Assembly: GCA_016700135.1 (NCBI GenBank)
Contig: CP065004.1
Location: 450,001 to 482,000, forward strand
Direction of reading: 5' to 3'
From: Candidatus Saccharimonadota bacterium
GTDB taxonomy: Bacteria > Patescibacteriota > Microgenomatia > UBA1406 > GWC2-37-13
DNA length: 32,000 bases
This document shows positions 6,801-14,684 of the stretch, in pieces. Position 1 is the first letter of the stretch; every line of letters starts with the position of its first letter. The notes under the pieces were generated by a model, which saw nothing but the letters and a program-made list of their open reading frames with translations, was not told the DNA's origin and ran no database searches. The translations under genes and the position numbers were made by a program.

Positions 6801-8201
6801 ATGTCAGAAACTACAGTATTACATCGCCACAGAAATCTCTACACCGACAAGGTTGACGATTACCAGTTTGTATTTAAACCGGTATCTGAGCGTGGTGTAA
6901 CTGTTTTGAATAAGCCCTCTGCATTTGTCTTCAATCTCATAAATGATAAACGGACAGTCGGGGATATTTTCAAAGCAGCCAAAAAAAAGGATCCCGCCGT
7001 CACATTGAAAGATATTGAAAAAATTATTGAAGATCTGGTAAATACTGAGATCGTATACGGTGATGAACTGCGACCGAAATATAAAGCGGCATTCCCTGCT
7101 CAGCGCAGATTGACTGCCTGGTTTCATATTACCAATCAGTGCAACCTGCGATGTACTTACTGTTATATCTCCAAAACGGCACATAAAATGACCGATGCTA
7201 TTGGTGAAAAGACCATTGATAAACTGCTCACTGACGGAAAGAAGAACGGATTTAATACCGTGAAACTTTCGTTCGCAGGCGGAGAATGTCTCCTTGAGTT
7301 TAAACGACTCATTCACTTTGTGGAATACGGTACAGAAAAGGCAAAAGAGCTCGGTGTTAAGATTGAGTTTGGAGTCGTGACAAACGGGGTGCTTATTACC
7401 GATAAAGTGGCAAAAACACTTAAAAAATATAATATTCAGGTCGCAGTATCTCTTGATGGCTTCGGAAAATCAAATGATATGCAGCGCGTATTTGCCGACG
7501 GATCAGGAACATTCAAATATATCATGCGAGGCATTAAAACACTCCAGAAACACGGCAACCAAGTCTTTCTATTGATGACAATCACAAGACACAATATTAA
7601 AAACATCCCCGATCTTTTTAAATTTTGTCTTGAAAACAGAATCATCTTTGCTACTAATTTGTTCCGTGATAATCCCTGTGCATATTCTGACTTGGGGATG
7701 GATATGAATGACGCTGCGAAGTATCTGAAAAAGTCATTTAAACTGGCATACAAATATGTACCAGAGATCAATGATCCGGAGTATTTTGCCGTGCTGGTTG
7801 ACAGTATGTTTGACCGAGTACAGGTTTCCCGTGCTCACAATCGTGCCTGCGGTATCGGGAATAACTACATCACCATCTCACATAAAGGAGATGTGGCTAT
7901 TTGCCCGATGACGATTTCTGATCCCGTCGGATCCATAAACGATGAAGACATTGTGCATACCATGATCAAAAAAAGTTTTATTTACGGGAAAAAACTCATT
8001 ACGGAGATTGCTGCCGGTTGTCAAACCTGTCCATGGAGACAGGTCTGCTGCGGCGGTTGCCCTCTCGCCTATCTCCATAAAGAGGCAAGTCATGCTCAGC
8101 CTGACTACTGTGCGGTCTATAAAGCTCTCATTCCTGAATTACTTCGTATTGAGGCACGGCGTATTATTAAATGGGGGATGATTGAGAACGCAATCCATTA
8201 A
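6801..8201 (+). CDS. radical SAM/SPASM-domain peptide maturase with a PqqD-like (RRE) N-terminal extension
   Basis: CNLRCTYC (C114/C118/C121, nt 7140-7163) is the CxxxCxxC radical SAM cluster motif. The C-terminus has C350-X12-G-X4-C368, C407-X2-C-X5-C-X3-C420 and C437, which is the canonical SPASM seven-Cys pattern (nt 7848-8111). Residues ~30-90 (VLNKPSAFVFNLINDKRTVGDIFKAA...IEDLVNTEIV) resemble a PqqD-type peptide-binding domain. Confidence 0.85.
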   Translation: MSETTVLHRHRNLYTDKVDDYQFVFKPVSERGVTVLNKPSAFVFNLINDKRTVGDIFKAAKKKDPAVTLKDIEKIIEDLVNTEIVYGDELRPKYKAAFPAQRRLTAWFHITNQCNLRCTYCYISKTAHKMTDAIGEKTIDKLLTDGKKNGFNTVKLSFAGGECLLEFKRLIHFVEYGTEKAKELGVKIEFGVVTNGVLITDKVAKTLKKYNIQVAVSLDGFGKSNDMQRVFADGSGTFKYIMRGIKTLQKHGNQVFLLMTITRHNIKNIPDLFKFCLENRIIFATNLFRDNPCAYSDLGMDMNDAAKYLKKSFKLAYKYVPEINDPEYFAVLVDSMFDRVQVSRAHNRACGIGNNYITISHKGDVAICPMTISDPVGSINDEDIVHTMIKKSFIYGKKLITEIAAGCQTCPWRQVCCGGCPLAYLHKEASHAQPDYCAVYKALIPELLRIEARRIIKWGMIENAIH

Positions 8202-8960
8202 TTCCTTCTTTCTTTTTGTAAAAATAATCTTCTGAAGAGGAACAGTACTTTCAAGTGCTGACAGTAAATTCCGCGTTTCGGATAATTGACTCTGGGCAGA
8301 TATCAACTGCAATGAGACACGTCTTATTTCATCAGTTGTTGGTTGGGATATCTGACAGGCATTTCCCTGTTCTAGAATAAAGATTGTAGAGATTGCATAC
8401 CGTTTGTATGTTTTGCTAAAGTTGTAATCTCTTTCGAGGAACGGCCCCTGATAGAAGTAAAATGCCTCACCTTCCTGTTTGATGTACCCTTCATCATCTG
8501 CAAGTATGGGATATTCCTTCTTCAACATTGATACGAGGGTGGTTTTCCCTATTCCTGACTCTCCGATATAAATCGCGGCTTCCCCATTGACCAGATTTGC
8601 AGAACAGTGCATCACAAAACCTGTTTTTGACAACAATTGCCCGACCGCAGATTTCAGTAAATAAATAAACTGTACTCTGCTTATATGATAGAACGTGGAA
8701 ATATGATTGTATGCAACAGGGGAATAAAAATGAATAAATCCTTTCTTTTTAGGACTTTCATAGATATCAAAACCTTTAGCTTCTAAAAATTCAATAATAA
8801 AATCCGTTGAAGACGGTTCGAAATCAATGATAAAACCTTCATTATGGAGAAAAATCTCTTTACAGAACCGTTCCGGAGTCACTTTATTCTGTTTATCGGA
8901 TGACCGGTGAAATACCAGTTTAATGATAAATCCTGCAATCGAAAGATATAGTATTTGCAT
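8139..8960 (-). CDS. HPr kinase/phosphorylase C-terminal-domain-like P-loop protein
   Basis: MHCSANLVNGEAAIYIGESGIGKTTLVSML (Walker A at nt 8538-8564) follows the HprK catalytic-domain pattern H-x-(v/l)-x-G-x-(l/i)-x-G-x-SG-x-GK(S/T). Its 3' end overlaps the radical SAM 3' end by 63 nt (8139-8201). Confidence 0.55.
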   Translation of the reverse strand: MQILYLSIAGFIIKLVFHRSSDKQNKVTPERFCKEIFLHNEGFIIDFEPSSTDFIIEFLEAKGFDIYESPKKKGFIHFYSPVAYNHISTFYHISRVQFIYLLKSAVGQLLSKTGFVMHCSANLVNGEAAIYIGESGIGKTTLVSMLKKEYPILADDEGYIKQEGEAFYFYQGPFLERDYNFSKTYKRYAISTIFILEQGNACQISQPTTDEIRRVSLQLISAQSQLSETRNLLSALESTVPLQKIIFTKRKKELMDCVLNHPPFNNTPCLNTK

Positions 8961-9129
8961 ATCAATAGTATTTGTGACAACTATATCGAAGATTAATTAA
9001 AAACTCAATCCCCAAAGATTCTCCATAAGCAAATTGAATCAGCAGCAGATTATATATCTCAAGATTCGAATGCATATACAGTTTCCTTACATATCACTCT
9101 TTTCTCAGTGTCCTCCTATACTTGGACCT

Positions 9130-10380
9130 ATGAACAGTGTTGCGGTTGTGTCAATAATCGCATTAGTTTTAGCGATTGTTCTTGGAATTCTGAAACCCAA
9201 GCTCAACGTCGGACTGATTGCAATTGCCCTGAGTTTTCTCGTCGGGTCATTTTTTGCCGGTTTGACCGACAAAGAAATTGCCGTACTCTTTCCTTCCAAT
9301 CTGTTTCTGATGCTTGTCGGCGTTACTTCATTCTTCGGCGTTGCCGAGCAGAACGGATTATTGGACGGAATTGCTGCCCGGAGTATCCGGCTGATTCGCG
9401 GCAGGAGAGAACTTCTTCCGATTGTTTTCTTTATTTTTTCGTTTGTCCTTTCTGCAATCGGACCCGGAAACATCGCCGCAACTGCAGTTCTTGCACCTAT
9501 CGGGATGGGGCTTGCTTATAAACTAAAAGCTAACCAGCTTCTCATGGCAATACTTATTGTAACAGGAGCGAATGCCGGGGCCTTTTCTCCGGTTGCGCCA
9601 ACCGGGGTGATTTTGAGCGGACTTGCATCAGACATACAAGCCGGAGAAACAAAAACGATTCTGCAGGTTTTTGCAATGTCTGCACTGATCCAATCCGTAT
9701 CTGCTCTTTTGGCGTATGTTTTGTTCAACAGGATACAAAAGAAACAGGAGCCCGCGAAAGAAATTCCCTGTGAAGAATGTATTCCTCTCACCTCATATCA
9801 GTGGCTTTCCGTGGGTGCCATTCTGACTGTGCTTGCTGCAACAATTCTATTTGATGTTTCGCTGGGTCTTGCCACCTTTACCGGAGCTCTTCTCCTTATG
9901 CTTTTTGACACGAACATTGCCGAAAAAGTTGTTGCAAGAATTCCTTGGGAAACCATTTTGCTTGTCACCGGTGTCAGCATCCTTATCGGAGTGATGGAAA
10001 AAGCCGGAGGTCTGGAAATGGCAACCGATATTCTTGCGGCGTATACCCCGCAAGGACTCATCCATGCAGCTCTTGCATTCATCACCGGACTCGTCTCTGC
10101 CTACAGCAGTTCTTCAGGAGTCGTCATGCCGGCTTTTATACCTCTTATCCCTGGTATTATTGAAAAAATGGGAGCCGGGAATCCTGTGACAATGCTCATT
10201 GCAATAGCTGTCGGATCACATATGGTTGATGTCAGCCCGCTCTCGACACTCGGAGCTCTTTGTATTGCCAATGCAAAAGAAGATCGGCAGAAGCTTTTTC
10301 AAAGGCTCATGATCTGGGGATTATCCATGGCCGTGTTCGGATCAATTCTTTCGTTTCTGTTCCTCGACCTGCTCATTTAA
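9130..10380 (+). CDS. multi-pass anion/ion permease, ArsB/NhaD-CitMHS (citrate-transporter-like) superfamily
   Basis: About 416 aa of consecutive TM helices. LFPSNLFLMLVGVTSFFGVAEQNGLLDGIAARSI is typical of this permease superfamily. I prefer the ATG at 9130 (MNSVAVVSII...) over the TTG at 9034. Confidence 0.5.
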   Translation: MNSVAVVSIIALVLAIVLGILKPKLNVGLIAIALSFLVGSFFAGLTDKEIAVLFPSNLFLMLVGVTSFFGVAEQNGLLDGIAARSIRLIRGRRELLPIVFFIFSFVLSAIGPGNIAATAVLAPIGMGLAYKLKANQLLMAILIVTGANAGAFSPVAPTGVILSGLASDIQAGETKTILQVFAMSALIQSVSALLAYVLFNRIQKKQEPAKEIPCEECIPLTSYQWLSVGAILTVLAATILFDVSLGLATFTGALLLMLFDTNIAEKVVARIPWETILLVTGVSILIGVMEKAGGLEMATDILAAYTPQGLIHAALAFITGLVSAYSSSSGVVMPAFIPLIPGIIEKMGAGNPVTMLIAIAVGSHMVDVSPLSTLGALCIANAKEDRQKLFQRLMIWGLSMAVFGSILSFLFLDLLI

Positions 10381-10389
10381 TTGAAAGGG

Positions 10390-10602
10390 CTATGCTGCCA
10401 TACGCGCCAACAGTTCAATAGTGAAACCGATGACGATGAGAGCAAGTCCGATAATTCCGATCTGACGTTCCCTTTTCATTTCAAGGAATACTTTCTCGTC
10501 AATTTTGTGTTCTTTCCAAACACGGTGATGCACCATAATTGCAGTAAATCCGACCATCATTTCTCCTAGCGTCTGTATGATAAAACCGAAAGGAAACAGC
10601 AT
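10390..10602 (-). CDS. small two-TM membrane protein, hypothetical
   Basis: 70-aa ORF with two hydrophobic segments flanking a charged loop (KEHKIDEKVFLEMKRERQ). Preferred over the overlapping plus-strand ORF 10381..10569, which has no protein-like features. Confidence 0.4.
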   Translation of the reverse strand: MLFPFGFIIQTLGEMMVGFTAIMVHHRVWKEHKIDEKVFLEMKRERQIGIIGLALIVIGFTIELLARMAA

Positions 10603-10675
10603 AAGTAATTCGTGACTAGTAACAGTACTTCTATACTACTGTATCCTTCTTTGAATCACAAATCCTTAACGGAAT

Positions 10676-11137
10676 TTATTGCAGTCTTGAGAGAATATCT
10701 TCAAGATTCTCCCCTCCCACCCATTGAGTGATCTCATTCCCGTCCTGATCTACCTGTACAAACGTATGCTGTGTGGTAACTCCGTATTTTTGTTTGAGAT
10801 CTTTTTCCATATCATAATCAGCTTTCATAATCGTCACATCATCAGGTATCTGTTCAAACTTGGAAAGAATATCTTTTTCAGCCGCAATACAAAATGGGCA
10901 CCACCCTGCATGGAAAAAGATGAGTGCTTTCCCGCCGTTAGCCGTCGCTGTTGCCAGATTTTCCTGTGAATATGGAGTAAGCTGTCTGGCACTGACATTA
11001 TCGACTGTGCTCGCCGCCTCTTCTGAAATTGCCACTTCACGCTTGGGCTGCGGCTGATTGGTGGGTCTAAGAAAAACGAACGATACAACGACAAACGCTA
11101 TAACCAATAAGGAAACACTGATAATTTTTGTAAGCAT
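10676..11137 (-). CDS. membrane-anchored thioredoxin-fold protein (CPFC active site)
   Basis: N-terminal TM helix. ALIFFHAGWCPFCIAAEKDI is a thioredoxin-like WCxxC motif in the correct context. Confidence 0.7.
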   Translation of the reverse strand: MLTKIISVSLLVIAFVVVSFVFLRPTNQPQPKREVAISEEAASTVDNVSARQLTPYSQENLATATANGGKALIFFHAGWCPFCIAAEKDILSKFEQIPDDVTIMKADYDMEKDLKQKYGVTTQHTFVQVDQDGNEITQWVGGENLEDILSRLQ

Positions 11138-11193
11138 AGTACCGTATAAATACTAACGCTTTACAGTATACAGAAAATTTCCTTCACGTTTCT

Positions 11194-11766
11194 TTAGGCT
11201 GATGACATATGCGCTGCTGCATCTCTACCTGATGGCAAATTGATTTGACGGACTCCGTAGGCATTGTTGTCTGCCATAATATCCCGTACTTCATCAACAC
11301 GGGTATCATGAGTCGCTACAGCAAGAAGGATTCCTCCTGCACGGATGTGCTCTTCATATTCTTTAGCTTCATTTTCAGGAACACCAAGTCCGACAAGCGC
11401 TCCCACCAAACCTCCGGCAAGTGCACCCGTAACTGCTCCGGACGCAGTTGTTGCGGCAGCACCGGTGAGTCCGAGCGCGGCTGCAATGGGACCTCCGATG
11501 AGCACGGCTCCCAATCCGGGGATTGTTATCGCTCCGATCCCTGCCAACAGACCGATCAGACCGCCGATTATTCCTCCCGTTGCGGCACCAGAGGCCGCTC
11601 CTTCTGCAACGTGTACTCCTGTGTTCTCACCGACCTCTTCCGCTTTTTTAATATCTTTCATAATAATAGACATATTCTGAGGTTCATACCCCAGATCTTT
11701 GAGAGAATTAATGGCATGTTCAGCTTCGTTCTGGGTTTTAAAAACTCCGATTACTGTTTGTGACAT
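11194..11766 (-). CDS. general-stress-protein-17M (YflT)-like protein with a central glycine-zipper membrane segment
   Basis: The N-terminal VIGVFKTQNEAEHAINSLKDLGY and C-terminal EYEEHIRAGGILLAVATHD repeats flank a Gly/Ala-rich hydrophobic core (GAASGAATGGIIGGLIGLLAGIGA...). Confidence 0.5.
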   Translation of the reverse strand: MSQTVIGVFKTQNEAEHAINSLKDLGYEPQNMSIIMKDIKKAEEVGENTGVHVAEGAASGAATGGIIGGLIGLLAGIGAITIPGLGAVLIGGPIAAALGLTGAAATTASGAVTGALAGGLVGALVGLGVPENEAKEYEEHIRAGGILLAVATHDTRVDEVRDIMADNNAYGVRQINLPSGRDAAAHMSSA

Positions 11767-11849
11767 AGAAATAAATTAATTATTAATACCACAACTATAC
11801 CCGCCAAGTTTGGTAATGATGAAAAAGAGAGGTAAAGTTTATGTAATAA

Positions 11850-12416
11850 TTATCTCTCGAAGCGATGCATCACAAAATCGAGAGTATCGTGCCAGTCATG
11901 GCCTGAACAGATAAGCCCTTCACTGTGTGGATGAGGCCCGTTTGAAGTTTCTGCCGTTCCGAAACCAAGAACTACATATTGGCCGCGTGCTGCCGGGCAA
12001 CCGTACTGTCCCGCCGTATAGCGGTAATAGAAGTAGTTGTGCCCTTGTGCTGTACCATGACCGCCGCAGGAAGTGCTGCGGGTGTCCAACGGATCCCGAT
12101 ATGATCTGTCCAGATACCCGCCTTCCACAAGGGGATCTAAAAAGAAAATTCCGTCATTGTCCCCATCTGTATTTGATGTATCCCATCCTGAACAGTTGTT
12201 CTCTCCATATGAGGGCGGCGTCGGGGGATACTGCCCGTGATCGACATAATATTTGGTCAATGCGAACATGATTTCTTTCATTTCTGCTTCTCGTTTCGCG
12301 TCCCTGGCGCTTTTTTGAGCATGTGCATATGAACCGATACCGAGAGTCATCAGTACGCTGATGATACTGATTACAATGATGAGTTCAATAAGAGTAAAAC
12401 CTGATTGCTTTTTCAT
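11850..12416 (-). CDS. type IV pilin-like / pseudopilin protein with a prepilin N-terminal methylation motif
   Basis: MKKQSGFTLIELIIVISIISVLMTLG is the class III signal peptide (G/FTLIE). The start at 12416 avoids overlap with the upstream gene. The longer 239-aa ORF is an artefactual N-terminal extension. Confidence 0.75.
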   Translation of the reverse strand: MKKQSGFTLIELIIVISIISVLMTLGIGSYAHAQKSARDAKREAEMKEIMFALTKYYVDHGQYPPTPPSYGENNCSGWDTSNTDGDNDGIFFLDPLVEGGYLDRSYRDPLDTRSTSCGGHGTAQGHNYFYYRYTAGQYGCPAARGQYVVLGFGTAETSNGPHPHSEGLICSGHDWHDTLDFVMHRFER

Positions 12417-12486
12417 ATAATATCGATATATCAATCTATTATAAGCATAGAGAGAAAGCCTACTTTTTTCAATACGAGGGAAATGG

Positions 12487-13776
12487 CTACAGCAGATTTG
12501 CCTGCTCACCAAGTGATTCTCTTTCTTTAGTGCTTTGGAAAAACCTGACTGTCCCGTATTCACCGTCATAACCAGGTTCGATAATCAGATCTTTTTTACG
12601 CATGCGCTCCACAAGAACTGACAGTTTATAAAATCCCGCACTTTCAATCTCAGATACGGGGACGCTCCGCAGAAGTTCAAACTCCGATCCAAGTGCCATA
12701 ATGATTTCCTGATACATCCTCTTAACTGTTTTGGTATTGACTCCCACGCCCTCAATTTCCGCTAGTATTTCTGAAAGCGGGACGATGTATTCGATTTGTT
12801 TGTGAGACGGCTTATATGAATCAGGACGGGCGGCGAGCGAATCCACTCTATTCTCAACCCCGACAGTCACTCTCGTATGACAAACCGGACAAATTCCGCC
12901 ATGTTCTTCCGTTTGTTTCGGAGAAAGTCGTACGGCACATTTACGATGGCCGTCAAAGTGGTACTTTCCCTCTTCCGGAAAAAATTCAATCGTCCCCCGC
13001 AATCTGCCATTATTTGTTTTAATTGCATGAACCATAGTTTTATAATTCAAATCAGTTGCAATAACGGTAGCTTCCCTGCCGATTTTTTGCGGAGAGTGAG
13101 CATCTGAGTTTGAAAGTATTGTTACAGGCTCCAGATCTTCAACCCGCCAATTCATATACGGGTCTGATGAAAGACCTGTTTCGATCGCATACACTTCACT
13201 TCTCAGATCTCCGAATGCCTCCTCAAGAGAATCAAATCCTGATTTAGAACCGAATATTCCGAACCACGGCGTCCAGATATGTGCCGGAAAAAAGAGAGTA
13301 TCCTCATGCAGATTGAGTACAATTTCAAACAGATCCCGTGTATCGAGACCTAACGTCGGACGGCCGTCCGCAGCCAGATTCCCGATCTTGGAAAATTTAG
13401 CATTCAACTCACCGGCTTTTTCCAAAGAAGGGACCACAATACAACTATGGACTTTGCGTGTTTTATCATGTCGTGAGTAGATAGACGAAATCTCAACTGT
13501 GGGCACAAACAGACAGGGATTCTCTCTTACAGACTGCGGTAAACTTGCATCAATTCCCCGGGAAATATCATCTTTCAAGGTATAAAAGCCGCCTTGTGAC
13601 TGCACAAGCTTTTCAGAGAGTTCCGAGAACCATGCAGGATGTGTAAAATCGCCGGTGCCGATAATTGTCACCCCTTTCATTTTCCCCCAGTAATACAATC
13701 CCTCAAGTGTGAGATCCTTGCTTGTGGCATATGCATAGTGGGAGTGAAGATGGAGATCAACAACGTCGTATTTCAT
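12487..13776 (-). CDS. PHP-domain nuclease, endonuclease Q (EndoQ)-like
   Basis: The N-terminal VVDLHLHSHYAYATS...KGVTIIGTGDFTHPAW is a PHP metal-binding motif arranged as in EndoQ-family proteins. The C-terminal CPVCHTRVTVGVENRVDSLA is a zinc-finger segment. Confidence 0.55.
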   Translation of the reverse strand: MKYDVVDLHLHSHYAYATSKDLTLEGLYYWGKMKGVTIIGTGDFTHPAWFSELSEKLVQSQGGFYTLKDDISRGIDASLPQSVRENPCLFVPTVEISSIYSRHDKTRKVHSCIVVPSLEKAGELNAKFSKIGNLAADGRPTLGLDTRDLFEIVLNLHEDTLFFPAHIWTPWFGIFGSKSGFDSLEEAFGDLRSEVYAIETGLSSDPYMNWRVEDLEPVTILSNSDAHSPQKIGREATVIATDLNYKTMVHAIKTNNGRLRGTIEFFPEEGKYHFDGHRKCAVRLSPKQTEEHGGICPVCHTRVTVGVENRVDSLAARPDSYKPSHKQIEYIVPLSEILAEIEGVGVNTKTVKRMYQEIIMALGSEFELLRSVPVSEIESAGFYKLSVLVERMRKKDLIIEPGYDGEYGTVRFFQSTKERESLGEQANLL

Positions 13777-14618
13777 GAGATAGGTATTTCAATATTATCT
13801 ATCAAACGAACTTCACCCATATAGCCGGCTATGAGAATCACCGAATCCGACATGATATGAAGGGGTTCAGAAAAGTCCTGTATTGAACGTATTTCAATAT
13901 ATTCCGTTCTCCATAACGGTTCCACAGACAGCATCTTCTCGATTCTTACCCGAATAACATGAGTATCTCTCTCTCCATTTATAATGCATTTTTTCGCTTC
14001 TGATAAGGCTTGATATATAACTGCCGCTTTCAAACGCTCTTTAGGCGTCAGACGCATATTTCGTGAAGAAAGCGCCAGACCTGTAGACTCTCTCACTGTA
14101 TCACAACCCACAATCTGAACAGGGACGTTCAAGTCCCGGACCATTTGCCTGACAATAAGATACTGCTGATAATCTTTTTTTCCGAAATATGCACGTGTCG
14201 GCTGTACCAGATTAAAAAGTTTGAGGACAACTGTTGACATTCCGTCAAAATGTCCGGGTCTGAAAGCTCCTTCTGCGATATCGGCTAGCGGGAAGACATG
14301 AACTGTGGTGCCGAAGCCCTCAGGGTATATTTCATCTGCTTCAGGTATAAATAAAACATCAGCATAATCTTCAATGAGCTTTTTGTCATGCTCTATTGTT
14401 CGTGGATATCTTTTCAAATCATCAGGATTATTGAATTGCTTTGGATTTACAAAAACCGAAACCGCGACAATATCATTCTCCCTTCTGGCTTGTTGTACCA
14501 AAGAAAGATGCCCTATATGAAGCGCACCCATCGTAGGAATAAATCCTATAGATTTTCCATTTTTAACATGTTCGTTAATTAGGTTTTTAACTTGTTTGAT
14601 ATTATTATAGATTGTCAT
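13773..14618 (-). CDS. panC: pantoate--beta-alanine ligase
   Basis: GFIPTMGALHIGHLSLVQQARRENDIVAVSVFVNPKQF is the conserved PanC HIGH-type motif region. 281 aa. Confidence 0.9.
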   Translation of the reverse strand: MTIYNNIKQVKNLINEHVKNGKSIGFIPTMGALHIGHLSLVQQARRENDIVAVSVFVNPKQFNNPDDLKRYPRTIEHDKKLIEDYADVLFIPEADEIYPEGFGTTVHVFPLADIAEGAFRPGHFDGMSTVVLKLFNLVQPTRAYFGKKDYQQYLIVRQMVRDLNVPVQIVGCDTVRESTGLALSSRNMRLTPKERLKAAVIYQALSEAKKCIINGERDTHVIRVRIEKMLSVEPLWRTEYIEIRSIQDFSEPLHIMSDSVILIAGYMGEVRLIDNIEIPIS

Positions 14619-14642
14619 AACAATAATTATATATTGAAAATC

Positions 14643-14669
14643 AATTTATCCACATCCTGTGGATAAATT
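14643..14669. promoter_or_regulatory. perfect 12-bp-arm palindrome containing two consensus DnaA boxes (TTATCCACA tcc TGTGGATAA); could also act as the mutL terminator hairpin
   Basis: AATTTATCCACA (14643-14654) and TGTGGATAAATT (14658-14669) are exact reverse complements. Each arm contains the 9-mer TTATCCACA. The site lies between the mutL stop (14685) and the panC start (14618). Confidence 0.5.
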
Positions 14670-14684
14670 TACTACAAGACAATG

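Noticed and set aside
6819-7771. Minus-strand ORFs of 165 aa and 111 aa inside the radical SAM gene.
   Set aside because: They lie entirely within a gene that has unambiguous radical SAM and SPASM motifs, and they have no recognisable motifs of their own.
9105-10163. Several 70-137-aa ORFs on both strands inside the permease gene (for example 9105..9473 -, 9108..9521 +, 9516..9791 -, 9798..10085 -).
   Set aside because: They fully overlap a long ORF with a convincing multi-TM permease sequence, and their translations are Arg/Cys/Ser-rich with no protein-like features. They are shadow ORFs of a relatively GC-rich gene.
11245-11763. 172-aa and 111-aa plus-strand ORFs (the latter Ala/Pro-rich) opposite the stress-protein gene.
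   Set aside because: They are antisense or frame-shifted readings of the Gly/Ala-rich glycine-zipper region. The minus-strand ORF has recognisable conserved N- and C-terminal motifs.
12417-12569. N-terminal extension of the pilin ORF. Similar extensions exist for recA (28996-29022), dnaA (30401-30478) and the permease (9034-9129).
   Set aside because: The extensions overlap upstream genes or regulatory sites (the dnaA extension reads through the DnaA boxes). The internal Met gives the canonical family N-terminus (MKKQSGFTLIE, MAVKK..., MAMLSSFW..., MNSVAVV...).
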